Part shown: positions 14,977 through 29,072 of the stretch, one piece after another
Position numbering within the stretch: position 1 is the first letter of the stretch
How the letters are laid out: every line of letters begins with the position of its first letter
Assembly: GCF_009914755.1 (NCBI RefSeq)
Contig: NC_060933.1
DNA: 64,000 bases
Source: the human T2T-CHM13v2.0 reference genome, Homo sapiens
Strand: one strand, 5' to 3'
Notes under the pieces: model-generated
What the model saw: the letters and a program-made list of their open reading frames with translations, nothing else
What the model was told of the DNA's origin: nothing
Databases searched by the model: none
Position numbers and translations under genes: made by a program

Positions 14977-15420
14977 TGCACTGGATTGAATAGTGTTTTC
15001 CCCAAAATTAATGTTCACCAAGAACCTGGGAATGTGACCTTATTTGAACATAGCTTCTTTGCAGATATAATCAAGTTCAGATGAGGTCATACTGGATTGG
15101 AATGGGCCCTGGTTTAATGACTGAGGTTCTAATAAGAAAATGGAAATTTGGGCACAGATACACACAGAGTAAAAACAGCCATGTGAAGGTGGAGACAGGT
15201 TGGAATTATGTGGGCACAAGCCAAGGAAAGCCAAGGATTGTCAATAGCCACCACAAGCTAGAAGAAGCAAGGGAGGATCCTTCTCTGTATCCATCGAGGG
15301 AGCATGGCCATTACAACACCTTTGGACTTCCAGCCTTCAGAACTGTGAGAGAATAAATTTCTATTTTTTAAGTTGCCCAGTTCATGGTAATTTGTTACAG
15401 CATCTCTATGAAACTAATGA
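14977..15420 (+). mobile_element. MLT1C-type MaLR solo LTR
   Basis: gaatgtgaccttatttg, agatgaggtcatactggatt, ggacttccagccttcagaactgtgagagaataaatttc, end gaaactaatga. Confidence 0.85.
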
Positions 15421-17787
15421 AGCAATTAAGACAAGCAAAACTTCTATGACAATAAGACCAGAAAAGAAGAGGGGAGTGCAAGAAAGCTAGCAGTGGCAAG
15501 CTTAGAAATCAACAGCAAATACTGAATTTTAGAAAAAGGTGATCTCACATTAGTAGGAACTCTGTGAAAAGGACTGTGATCAGATGAAAAGCTATCATTG
15601 TGGGCAACAAAGAAATAAATCAGAAGAAATGGCCAGAGGAAATCAAAGGAGACAGATCTCAGAATTTCCTCTTTATAAAGAGTAGAAGTTCTATTCCATG
15701 GTACCAAAGACAATAAATCTGCGAGGGGAGTACAGAGCTACTAGTGCAAACTCTCTTGAACTCATCAGTTCTGAGAGGCAAATAAAGTATGATTGTATTT
15801 TAAAGAAACACTCCATCAGAGTAGCACCAGAAGAGTCATAAGCAGAAAAATATAAAAGTCTTTGTCACTTCTAAGGAACTTTCTTCTAATAGTTGGTATG
15901 GAAAAATACAACTTATACAAAAGGAATATATGCAATCAAAATAAATATTTAAAATCACAATTGAAATATATAAAATATGATAAGAATAAGTAATGTGGGA
16001 AAGAGCAGCACAAATTCATTGCAGATTCTTAAAAATTCTTACAAGAAAATTATTTCTACAGAGCATTCGAAATTTGTAACCCAATATTCCATCACAAATT
16101 ATAAATGAAGTACATAGAACCTATGAAGGAAAACAGCTAGGCAGGAGGATATTAGTGATTTCCAGGCAAGAGGAAGGGACAAGGAACCTGTAGAAATCAG
16201 AAAAAAAAAATATGGGAATAAGTTCTAAGAAGCCAGTGAAAGAAAAGACACAGGGAGAAACAGAGTAAGGAATGTAGAAGATATAAATACATAAACAAAA
16301 CAAATGAAGCAGAAAAAAATGTATAAAAAGCAGTGGAGTGAAAATATAAGAGATTAGGCGAAGAAAATCTAACACAGCCATAATTTAAATATCTAAAAAG
16401 GCCATTAAATTAATAGAAAATGAATGTAAAAATAAATTCAATAAATTTAATCCAGGAATAAAAGTTGCTTTAATATCCTAAAATAAATGAACACAAAACA
16501 CCATATAAATAGAATAAGGGGCAAAATCCACATGATCCTCTCAGTAGATTTAGAAGTGCAGCTTGAAAAAAAAATTAACATGCTTTCATGATAGAAATAG
16601 CCAACAAGCTAAGAACAGAAGGGAACTTCTTCAACCAGATAAAGAGCATCTACAGAAAACCCACAGCTCATATCATACTTAATGGTGAAAGACTTAATAT
16701 GACCAGAGATAAGACAAGGATATTCACATTCCCCACTTCCATGCAATATTGTATTGCAGGTATAAACAGGACAATTAGGCAACAACAATAAATAAAAGAA
16801 CTCCAGACTAGAAAATAAGAAATAAAACTAACTGTAATCTTAGAGGACATAATCTTACATACAGAAAATTCTACTAGTTCTATTATTTGAGTTTAACAAA
16901 GTTGTAGGACACAAGATCAACACACAAAAATCAATTGCATATACACACATTAGCAATGAACACTCAAAAATAAAATTAAGAAAATAATTTCATTCATAAT
17001 GATTTAAAAATAAACAGATATAAAATTGACAAAATAAGTACAAGACCTGTACATTGACAAGCACAAAATATTATTGAAAGAAATTAAAGAAGATCTAAAT
17101 AACTGGAAATACATTTCTATGGATTGGATATCTGAATATTATTAAGATGGCAATTCCGTACGAATTGATCAACAGATGCAACACAATCCCTACTGGAAAC
17201 ACAGTTGGCTTTTTTTTTTTTTAATTCAAAATTGACAACCAGATTCTAAAATTCAGGTGGAAATACAGGGGATTCAGAACACCAAAAACAATCTTGAAAA
17301 TAAAAGATAAAAATCAGTGAACTTCCAGATTTTAAAACTTACTACAAAGCTACAGAAATTATAACAGTGTGGTACTAGTATAAGTATAGACATAGAAATC
17401 AATGGAATAGAATTGAGACTCATTATAAGTCCCAAACTTTAGGGTCAATTGATTTTCCAACAAAGGGGCCAAGATAATTAAAAGTGAAAAAGCAGCTTTT
17501 AACCTTTAGTACTAGAACAGTTGGATAATACACATGAAGAAGAATGAAGTTCAATGCCTACCTCACACCATACACACAAAAATGAGCTAAAAATGAATAA
17601 TAGAATTAAATGAAAGAGCAAAAGCTATAAGAAGAAGGTATAGGAGAATATGTTTGTAACTTAATTAGGCAAATGTTTCTTAAATATAACATCAAAAGCA
17701 CACATAATAAAAGAGATTAGACTTCATCAAAACTAAGCATTTTTCTACTTCAAAAGACATCTTTATAAAAGTCAAAAGTCAAGGAAG

Positions 17788-18123
<336 letters not shown>

Positions 18124-19088
18124 TTAATACTAAAAAGATAAACAATGGAATTCAGAAATAAGCAAAGGGATCTTTAAAAATAGGTAAAGAATATGAATAG
18201 GTACTTCTCCAAAAATGATATATGAATCACAAATAAGCACATGAAAATATACTTAACATGATTAGTCAATAAGAAAATACAAATCAAAACTTCAATGACA
18301 CACTAAAAAGATTAAACAATCCAATTCAAAAATCAGCAAAAGGATTTTTAAAAATAGCTAAAGATACAAATAGGTATTTATCTAAAAAATATATATGAAT
18401 CACGAAAAAGGACATGAAAAAATACTTGACATCACTAGTCAATAAGGAAATGCAAATCAAAACTGCAGTGAGATAACACTTCACTTCTACTAGGATTATT
18501 ATAATAAAGACAGACAATAACAAATGTTTGCAAGAATGTAGAGAAATTAGAACTATCATTGTCAATAGAAATGTACCATGGTTCTGGACTTCTGAAACTA
18601 GGTTTTCAGTTTTCCAAAATGTTAACCATAAACCTACCCTATGATAGCAAAATAAGTGAAAACACACACCCATGAAAAACTTGTACATGAATGTTCATAA
18701 TAATCAAAAAGTGGAAACAACCCAAATTCTCATCAATTGTTTAATGTAATGAAAAACAAAATATGGTATACCTATATAATGGAATATTATGCCACAATGA
18801 AAAGGAATGAAGTAGTAACACATGCAGCAATATGGATGAACATTGAGAACATTATGCTAAGTAAAAGAAGCCAGTCACAAAAGACCACATATTGCAGATC
18901 CTATTGATAAGAAGTGTCTAGAACAGCAAATCTATAGAGACAGAAAGTAGATCAGTGGTTGTCTAAGTGGGAGTGTATGTGAGGGAGGCAACAGAGTGAC
19001 TTATTTTGAGATGGTGACATTTTCTAAAACCAGATCTTCATAACTGTCACAAAACTCTAAAAATATGTTTTTTAAAACGCCATTGAAG

Positions 19089-19454
<366 letters not shown>

Positions 19455-19489
19455 TCAATAAGGACATTAAAATAACAAAATCAATAATA

Positions 19490-19735
19490 CAAAAACGGAA
19501 TCTAAAAATTGCTATTGGAAAGGTACACCATATTCTGGAAGAATGTTACTTGGAACATCAAGACACGTCCTAATAAAATTATTATGCTTTAAAGAAAGAA
19601 TCCTTTGAGTGCTCAGCCAGAAAAATAAACTGCTTTACAACAGATAGAAAAGCAGGTTTGCATCAGGCTTCTCAACAGCAACATCCAATGCCATAAAAGA
19701 GCAAAGCAGCATCTACAAGATACTCAGAGAGACTA
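19490..19735 (+). mobile_element. Ancient L1 ORF1 / HAL1-like remnant (probably continues 16200-16400, split by the L1MB)
   Basis: catcaagacacgtcctaataaaatta...gcatcaggcttctcaacagcaacatccaatgcc ORF1-type motifs. Confidence 0.45.
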
Positions 19736-20649
19736 GCTTCCATCTTTCTGTTGTAGAATCTTAGAAATGTATTAGCCTTTCTGGCACTTCTGAAACTAGG
19801 TTTTCAGTTTTCCAAAATGTTAACCATAGACCTACCCTATGATAGCAAGATAAGTGAAAACATTCAACCCTGAAAAACTTGTACACGAATGTTCACAATA
19901 ATCAAAATTGACATTTTGGGTAAATCTAAATGAATTCTATGGCCTTCCTGCAATATTAAGGTAATAGAGGCTGAAAATACCTGTGTTTCTAAAGGCAGAC
20001 CTTTTGGCCAAATGGAAACCCACCACTGTGTATAGATATCCCTGGAAGCTCAAGTACCTTAATTTGCTAAATGCCACATTACAGGATGCCATGTGGCCTG
20101 CCCAGCCTTTCCAACTAGGCTTATTTTGGTTTTACAACGTAATAGATTTTCCTTTCCTTATTACTGTATTTCATAAATGAATTATGTATTATTCTAAGAG
20201 ATTATAGCAGCTTCCCTAAAAATTATAGGGAATGTTTACCTACTGGGAGCTATCAATATATGTGTCCTTTATAATGTAGTTTAAAGAATGAGCCATCTTT
20301 TTATGAATTAAATATTACATTATTATATTAAAAGTCACATTTTTAATTGACTCTAAATCACTCTGGAAGACGACTTAAAAGTAATTTTCTAGAAACATGT
20401 TTGTTTTCTTTTACACAGAAGTAGAGTCATTTCATACATTCCAGCTATCAAAAGAACGTGGAGATTATGTAGTATAATCTTCTCGCTGTACAGGCAAGCA
20501 AACTTGGTTCACTGGACAATTGATGACAATTAAATAAATGCAGAGCTGAAACCAGATTCTAGGTATCTGCTTGTTTGTCTAATGCTCCTTAAACTGCCCC
20601 ATAACCTCCCATTTTCTTCTGTTTCTGTCTGTAGTCATAAACATCTCAT

Positions 20650-20775
20650 TAGTTTATTCATTCTGTAAAAACGTATTCATTATCCACTATGTGCCAACTA
20701 TTCTTTGAGATTCAGGGGATGCAGAGGTAAAGAAAATAGGTAAAGTCCATGTTCTCAGGGGCCTTTCTTCTCTGA
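20650..20775 (-). mobile_element. L2 3' end fragment
   Basis: attcattc...ccactatgtgccaactattctttgagattcaggggatgcagagg. Confidence 0.6.
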
Positions 20776-20929
20776 TCATATGTGGCTTCTGCAGAATCTC
20801 ATTGAAATGGCCTCCCATTCCTGCTGTTTTTACCATTCTTCACCAAGGTCCATCTTCATCAGGTACCCAGGGCATTTCTATTCTCTGTCTCTCTAAGTGT
20901 CAAGGAAAACAACCCAAGTAGCCTTATAG

Positions 20930-21200
20930 CCTGAGGCAGACCTTCCTCCAAGTCTTCTGTGTTCCCCTCACTGCCCCAGTGTGGACGACATACCCCTGCT
21001 CTGTGCTCCCTTAACACTGTGTGCTTACCTCAGAGCACCACAACCTGGAAAGGTATTTATCTGCTTATTTGTCACTCTTTCTCTTAAATTATGACCTCCT
21101 TGAGGGCAGGGACTGGTGTCTTGTTTTTTCCGATATCTCTAGTGTCTGCACCTGACCTGGAACAGAATGAGTGCTGACTAAATCTGTTGTCGATTAAATT
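20930..21200 (+). mobile_element. L2 3' end fragment
   Basis: ctctgtgctccc...ctccttgagggcagggactggtgtcttg...gagtgctgactaaatctgttg. Confidence 0.7.
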
Positions 21201-22088
21201 GAGGATGTCTGCACAAACAAAAGATCTTATATAGGGCTTTTAAACCTTACTGAAAATGAGTTTAAGTAAAGGAATTCTTCCTCTTAGGGTCATTTGCAAC
21301 TTACTAGTTCCAAACTAATTATCAGTAAATAATGTCAAAAATATCCAATTTATTTTTGGATGATTTTCTTCTCCACACTGATGTCATGTTTTTCTCAATG
21401 CAATGTGTCAGCAAGGGACACATCTCATAGCTGTGGAAGAATACAACCATCTCTTCTACTTATCCTACTTAACTCAGGATAAGATGCTGATGCTAGAATT
21501 TTCACAAAACAGAGACAAGTTCTGTTCAACTTCTGAGAAAATTACTTCGGTTTTCTGTTAAATGCCAAATTGATTTAAAAATTGCCACATGATAAGTTGC
21601 AGCATAAAGCAATGCACAATTCAGAACTGGGGTAGTTGTCAGAAGCTATCTTTCAGAACTGAGCTGTTTTCATTTGTGATTGACTGAAGGAGGTCTATGG
21701 TCTAGTTTCAGAAAGAGAAAACAGCAATAACAAAACCCTCAGCACCAACATGAAATTCTACACATGCTGGTTTAGTTATTACACAGGCCAATTTATAATT
21801 CTTTCTCAGCTGGAATCTGAAATGGCAGTCAATAAATTAATTCATATCTGAACTTTTATCCTTTCAGTCATGCTCTCTAATTGAACACTGCTTACATTTT
21901 GTATTGGGAATGTAAAAACACTCCAGGATATCTTTGCATTAAAGGGAGGTACATGAGTTGTACTACATAATTGTCTTTGAATTGTATTACAAATAACTCT
22001 ACAAGAGATACTAAAATTTGTCCTTACTATCTACTAAATACTAAGATAAATAATGTCAACACACCATCTACTATTCTCTGCAGCAAAG

Positions 22089-22168
22089 GTGTGTGTGTGT
22101 GTGTGTATTGTTGATGTGTATATATCCACATATATATACACATATATGTATGTGTTTGTGTATATATA
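22089..22168. repeat. (TG)n/(TA)n/(CA) low-complexity tract
   Basis: Directly visible. Confidence 0.85.
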
Positions 22169-24276
22169 TTCAAATAAAATTTGATATTTTTAGTTTTGTC
22201 ATAAAAAATCAACATTATTTTCTCAAATAAATCACTAGCTACTTTAAAATTCAATATCATTACTTTATCTGAGTCACTAAGGATTAAGTGTTATTCAAAT
22301 TATTAGCAGGAATAGTTCCCTGGTATTCTTCCTAGACTTAACCTGAGTATTAGTTAGAATAATTCTAAAGCAGAGGAATAGTTTTAGAAAGTCCTTCATG
22401 TTCCATTCTTTCTTTAGGAACTCCTGGTTGAGTCTATCTGCTACCCATCTGGGAACTACAGAGACCATAAACATCGTAATGACCCATTCTCCTTCCAGTA
22501 CCTCAGGCAGAGTTATGGGAAAGTGAAATAAATATAACATACAATGAATGCAAGCCCATTTTGATTGTGTATTAACATTTATTTATCTGAAATGGAATTC
22601 AGCATTAGTGAGACTATGATTAAATTTATATTCTTCTCCATACTAGAGATTACTTAACTATTTAAGGCTCAGTCACCTATGATTAAATGGTTTTGCATTT
22701 TAAATATGGTATGTCAGGTGTCTAATACTGTTTTTCACACGTTAATGACTCAATGGATTTATATCTGTTATCCCTTAATATATTCCTAGTTATCAATAAA
22801 CAATGTGAAATGTCACAGTACAGAGATAAGGTAGATAGACCTAATTGGAAATGGCAGTCTTTCCCAAGGATTTAAAGCCCTAACTAAACTATTCCTTCAG
22901 GCAACCATTAAGACCAGTTGCAAATTGCAAATACTTTTTTTTTTTTTTTTTTTGCCATCTCTATTTTAGCTACTGGGTTTACTGCCCTGGGAGTTTTAAA
23001 CACAATGTCTGCCTTTAAAAAGGTGGATCGGGTAGGTTGGAAAAGTTACATAAATACAAAACATAATGAATAGTTTAAGGTTGAATACCAGTTCTTTCCC
23101 AGGTTTACCAGTCTATAAATATAAATGCAAATGAGTACAGTATATGATGAAGTGAAACAGCAGGAAAGTGTGAAAAGAGCTCTAAATTTAAATAGCAAAA
23201 TTAAAAGAAAAATCCTACTTCTTTTATCTAACTGGTTATTCAATCTTGACTTTATTCACCAACCTCTTTGGGAAGCAGATTTTCCTCTCTAACATAAGGG
23301 GATAAAACTTGACACAGTATTTTTCAGCTTCATCGTGTTATGATTAAGGTTGGAAGTAGAAGTAGGAAGTGATTCTTGAGCTTTTTGGGGGGAGTGAAAG
23401 CTGGTTGGAGCAGGGTGCACCTAAAATAACCTTTGAAAGATGAGCTGAATTCAGTCTGGCAAAAGCAGGTGAAGGTGGCATATGAGATGAGAAATCATTG
23501 TAAGCAATGTCTCTTAATCAGACAATTCCAGACAAGTTTAATAGCACGATGATGGTGATGATGATGACAACGAAGATAATGCAAAATATTTTAGATTATA
23601 ACAATACATCACCACCATCACCATGTGCCATCTGCCATTCCATTTTGAGCAAATTATCCCTCAGGCAATAGTTGCACTTGCTAGATTTTACACCATGTAC
23701 AATACAGTTTGGCTCAAATAAAAACCATCTAAAACTGGAATGCCTTTGCCCCAGCAAAAATAAAAAAAAGTGTGTGATGTCTTCATTAATATGCTAATTT
23801 GCCCATTTCCTCTCAGAGTAAACATAACGGCCCCATGCACAGGTTGACCTAATTAACAGTATAAAGTTGTTTCTTTCAAAGTGCACATCCAAGAAACTAC
23901 TGTGTGAAAAAGAATGAAACCTATAGGGATTTCAGCCTTTATGGAGAAATGGGTTAAAGAAATAGAACTATGATAGGGCTTAATATTGTTTTCAATCACT
24001 AAAATAAAAATCAATAACATATTACATAAAGACAACACTAATTATGTGTCAGTAATATTAAAATGTTCACTATTGATTTCCCTCTGCCATCTTCTAATCA
24101 TGATAAACATCTCAGGAATCCTGCTTCTCTAAAATTTAATTGCTTATATATGTGTACTGTATTGAATATTAAGTACATATTGAAAAACATCTTTTTCTGC
24201 ACCTAGTCTTTTTTCTAATGTCTCATACCGTTCTTCACAATGTCATATGCCAAGTCCTGCCATGATGCACCGTCAC

Positions 24277-24450
24277 TAGGACTGCTAGATTTAGTAAGTA
24301 AAAATATAGTGCCAAATTAATTTTAAATTTCAAATAAACCAAAAAATTAATATAAGTATGCCATATATAAAAATAAATATATATATATATATAATATATA
24401 AAATTCCAAATTAATAAGACTGGCATCTTATACTTTATCTGGCAACCCTA
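24277..24450. mobile_element. MER53 palindromic DNA element
   Basis: Ends taggactgctagatttagtaagtaaaaata / tactttatctggcaacccta; inverted arms; centre replaced by (TA)n. Confidence 0.8.
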
Positions 24451-26291
24451 ACAGTAACTGAAATAATTAAAAATGAAAAAAGATTATTTCCAAGTAAACA
24501 TTTCTTATGCTTTCTTCATAAAATCCAAAATGACATATGATCAGCTTCCCTCATAGTAATGCTTTATCAAAGCACATATACACAGCCTCTTTTACAAGTA
24601 TCCCAGGGCCACAGCAACCTCTGTCCCTTCCATCCCACACAATCTCGGGAGCATTAAGGCATTGGTTATTTTTCCTACATTGTCCTCTTTTTCTCCCCAA
24701 GTTTCAACACTATAACATTCCATTATGCTTTGTCTACATTTTTTCAATTTTCCAAACACCAGTATCCCTTTTTTCTAGTTATGTTTAACAATTTGCAACA
24801 TCTGACTTCATAGTTTTGAAGTGTAGACAGAAGGTAACTTGTGTGTACTCTACTAGAATTTTACATAAAGAAAACTTGCATTTTTGAAGGTTTATCTTAT
24901 TTAAGTATCTATAGTTTTATTTGACTCAGTCAAAATACTGATAAAAGATCAGATCAGAAATATTTATATAAAAATTATTGTCAGGAAAATACCAGTACAA
25001 TATATATTTAATTTCCAAATACGTATTCACTTTATTTGTATTAACATTTCTGAATAAACAACACGGATTTTGCCATTTACTAAAGGCCAGCTTTTGAAAT
25101 GGGGGCCAGTATAAGGGAAATTTAGTTCAGATCCTCAAGGGTGAAAAAAAAAAGCTTTTGTGTGTGAAAATTCTGGACTATTTCCAATGCAAAACTTTCA
25201 GATGCACTGAATTATTCATTTGTATTTGGAAAATATTATGGGCTAACAGCTGAACAAATAAAATGGCATGTTAAAATTGTAGCTATTGATATCTAAAAGC
25301 ATAAAATGGATTTTAAACTGTTATGGGAGCATTTTACCTTATTTTACAAACCGGTAACGTTCCATTAGGAGTCATTCAGATTTTTAAAAATGAGGCAAGT
25401 ATAAGTAACAAGATAACTGAACTGAGAGCAAGGACTCTCATTTTAATTTCTTATACAAACAGAAGCCATTATGATTTTTAACAGACATTTTCTGCCTCTA
25501 TTTTCTCATCTGAACAGTGGGGATAATATCTTTCAGACAGCTTGGGGGCTGAGAAAAAGCAAGTTGAATAGATTTCTCCTATAAATCTAGGAAAGAAAAA
25601 AGAGAGGTTTCATATCAGCAAATCAGGAGAATATCCTGTTTTAGTCCTTTTCTCATATTCAGCTAAAATAGGTTGTGAGAATTCAAAGTCCTCAAACTGT
25701 TTTTTGTTGTTGTTAATATTTTTTGTGGTTCACATGATTTGTCCTCAGATTTTTCTTTCTAAACCGACTTTTTTTTTTCCAGAAAAAGAAGGGAGGCCTT
25801 TGTCACTTTTATTTGTTACACTGGGAAACAAACAAGACAAAACAAAGGCTTTGTACCTGCCCTGGGATTGAGGGTACTTTTTCAAGCTAACACTCTCTAT
25901 GTATTTATCATATACTTATTCATTTGGTGGGGAGGTTAAGCTTTCCAAGGAGAAAGAAAAAGCAGGAAAACCTCAAGTGACAGTGCTCTGATTCTCCTCT
26001 AGACTTCCAAGCAGTTCATCCTGAGAAAGGAAAGTTAACCAGCCCAGCCCGCGTTGAAAGGCTACTTAGTATGCTTCTGATTGTGGAGGATTGGGGACCA
26101 GGTGTCAAAGTACTCCTTCTGACTACAAGTATCTCTACCCTGAGAGTTCCTGTAAATTGGGTTTTCTTTTCTATTATACATTTCTAATTACGTTTACTGC
26201 CTCTTATAGACCGAATCCAGCTTGCCTTCTGTCAGTCTTCACAAGGCAATCCTTTGCACCCTGTTGATGACATACTTGGCTCTTTGGTCCT

Positions 26292-26819
26292 TGTGATGGT
26301 TAATACCGAGTGTCAACTTGATTGGACTGAAGGATACAAAGTATTGTTCCTGGGTGTGTCTGTGAGGGTGTTGCCAAAGGAGATTGCCAAAGGTGGACTG
26401 GGAGAGGCAGACCCACCCTCAATCTAATCAGCTGCCAGCACGGCTAGAATAAGGCAAGCAGAAAAAGGTGGAAGGGGCTGACTTGCTGAGTTTTCCGGCC
26501 TTCATCTTGCTCGGGTGCTGGTTGCTTCCTGTCCTAGAACATCAGACTCCAAGATCTTCAGCTTTTGGCTTCTTGGACTTTACACCAGTAGTTTGCCTGG
26601 GGCTTTTGGGCCTTTGACCACAGACTGAAGGCTGCACCGTCCGCTTCCCACTTTTGAAGTTTGGGGACTCAGACGGGCTTCCTGATTCTTCAGCTTGCAG
26701 ATGGCCTATTGTGGGACTTCACCTTGTGATCCTGTGAGTCAACACTCCTTAAAAATCTCCCCTGCACACATCCATCTATCCTGTTAGTTCTGTCCCTCTA
26801 GAGAACCCTGACTAATACA
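26292..26819 (+). mobile_element. MLT2A2 ERVL solo LTR
   Basis: tgtgatggttaataccgagtgtcaacttg ... gagaaccctgactaataca; perfect 5-bp TSD GTCCT (26287-26291, 26820-26824). Confidence 0.92.
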
Positions 26820-27483
26820 GTCCTCTTTAGTTTATCTTATAAGGAAGGAGTCAGGACATAAACACTGCTTTGAAGTCCTGATGAAGTCAAGATTCTCAAA
26901 CTTAGGTTGATGAATCGCAATAGGTGTGGCCTATGTTATCTGTCAGTGCTGAGGTTTGAAACTGACTGCAGACTATATTCCTTTATCACAGGGTTGTGCC
27001 CTTGAAGAGGCTGTGTTGAGAATAAGAGATTGTTCATAAAGAAGGCTTGAATCTAGTGGGAGTTTAGTAAATGATGGTTAATATTTACTTCAATATTTCC
27101 AGCACCCAGAACAGTACCTGAATTAAAAGACATTCATGAAGTATTTGGTAAATGGATGAAAGTACTTAGCTTAAAGGTGGTAGTGATTTTTCTGTTCATG
27201 ACATTATTATTTATTTATTTCAAGTTTAAATATCTATTTTGGACTGCTAGGTTACAAATTAAATTATATACACTTGAAGATCTTCTGTGACCTATACATT
27301 GATAAACACATCTAATAGATTATTGTTGTTAGGCCTTTTCAACTTAATAGAAAAGTATGAACCAATTGTTATAAGTGAAAATATGTTTAGCAATTTATTT
27401 CCTTCTTATTGAACTGGTTAAGCATACCCCTTACCTGGGTACACAATTAAACCTTGCCTTGTTTTCATGAAATCTCATTCTGC

Positions 27484-27649
27484 TTTATTTATTTATTTAT
27501 TTAGAGTCAGGGTCTTGCCCTGTCACCAGGCTGGAGTACAGAAGCACAATCATGGATCACTGCAGTCTCCAGCTCTTGGGCTGAAGTGATCCTTCCACCT
27601 CAGCATCCTGAATTGCTGAGACTACAGGCATGTGCCATCACTTCTGGCT
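27484..27649 (-). mobile_element. FRAM (free right Alu monomer) or AluJ right arm
   Basis: Single monomer with (TTTA)n tail, bounded by TSD tcattctg on both sides. Confidence 0.8.
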
Positions 27650-28349
27650 TCATTCTGTTCTTTTGGATCCTTAGATGGTTGACTACCTAAATACAATTAC
27701 TATATACTATAGAGCATGCACTGTTTTTACTGAAAACACATTGGGGTCATTCCCAGGAGTACATTTGGATCCTCTGGGATTTGTTTTTTAAATCTCTTAT
27801 TCCACAACTAACCAAGATATCGTACTATAGCAATTCTGCCTTGATTATTTTTTCATTTCCTACTAAAACTCCAAAAACTTGTCATTCTTAGCTCATTTTC
27901 TTTCTAAGAAAACTTTCTTAATTTCTTCTCAATTTTTATGGAATTCAGTGCTGCTTACTTATTATAATGTTTGGGTCCCTTAAAAACTCTTAGATACTGA
28001 AACATTAGCAAACTAAGAAAAGCCATTAAAATTATTCTACTGAATTAAATATAGAAACTTAGAACAAAGGAATAAGAATTAACATTGTACATCAGAAAAA
28101 TATCTGTTTACACTTGAATCTCAGCTGTAGTGCATCATCCATGGAGCTAAATTTAAAGGTTTACTTATTATTCATGGCACATTATTCTGGAGTTTTGTCA
28201 AAAATTAAAACAGAGCTGCTCTATTATTGTATATCAATCAAGTAAAATAAGAAATTTGTTTGTATATATACATGTGTATGTATATACATACACACACTTT
28301 TTAAAAGCATAAATGTAACAGTAATTGGCTTTATGTATTTAAAGCTTTA

Positions 28350-28560
28350 ACAATGACTTTACTATTTGACCCCGGAATTCTTCTCCGAGGAAATTACCAC
28401 AGGGAAAGTATTAGGGATGGGTTCATGCATTTATGTTTACAAATATTTATTGCTTTGTTCATTACAATAAACACAGGAAAAATCTAAAATTCAACAATAC
28501 AGGAATTTTGATTTTAATTTTATCATATTTATACAATGGATTACTAGGTCACATTGAAAA
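28350..28560 (+). mobile_element. L1ME ORF2 3' end fragment
   Basis: tttgaccccggaattcttctccgaggaaattacc...atacaatggattactagg. Confidence 0.5.
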
Positions 28561-28988
28561 GTGTGCCTTACGAGAATGCTAAGAGGTCAATGGACATAAT
28601 CTAATTCAAAGGTGAAAAAATACACTTTCAAAATTATAATTAATGTTTTTAAAACTTTTGCAGGGATCATGAATTATATTAGTATTCTGATAAAAGACAT
28701 CAATCCTTTACCTAGAAAAAAATGCACTAATGCAAACAAACAACAAAATGGTATGCAGTTGGGAGAAGAGGGTGAGATTCCCATAGCCATTCTGGGGATG
28801 CTAGGTAAAGGAAGCCTGATATATATTGCCATGATTTTCTTAAAAATAAACTGTATCTATTTTTTTTTAATTTTATACACATATATAGAAAATGTTCAGA
28901 GACTTCAGCAGCAAGGTAGGCTAAGACTGTCCAAATAGATTTCCTTTCTGCTACAACACAGAGAAATACTGAATAATACCACATCCAT

Positions 28989-29072
28989 GTGCACACACAC
29001 ACATATGTACACCACATGAGTACGTGCATGCACACACACACACACGTGTGGACGCACACACACACACACACA
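28989..29072. repeat. Imperfect (CA)n / purine-pyrimidine alternating tract
   Basis: Directly visible. Confidence 0.9.
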
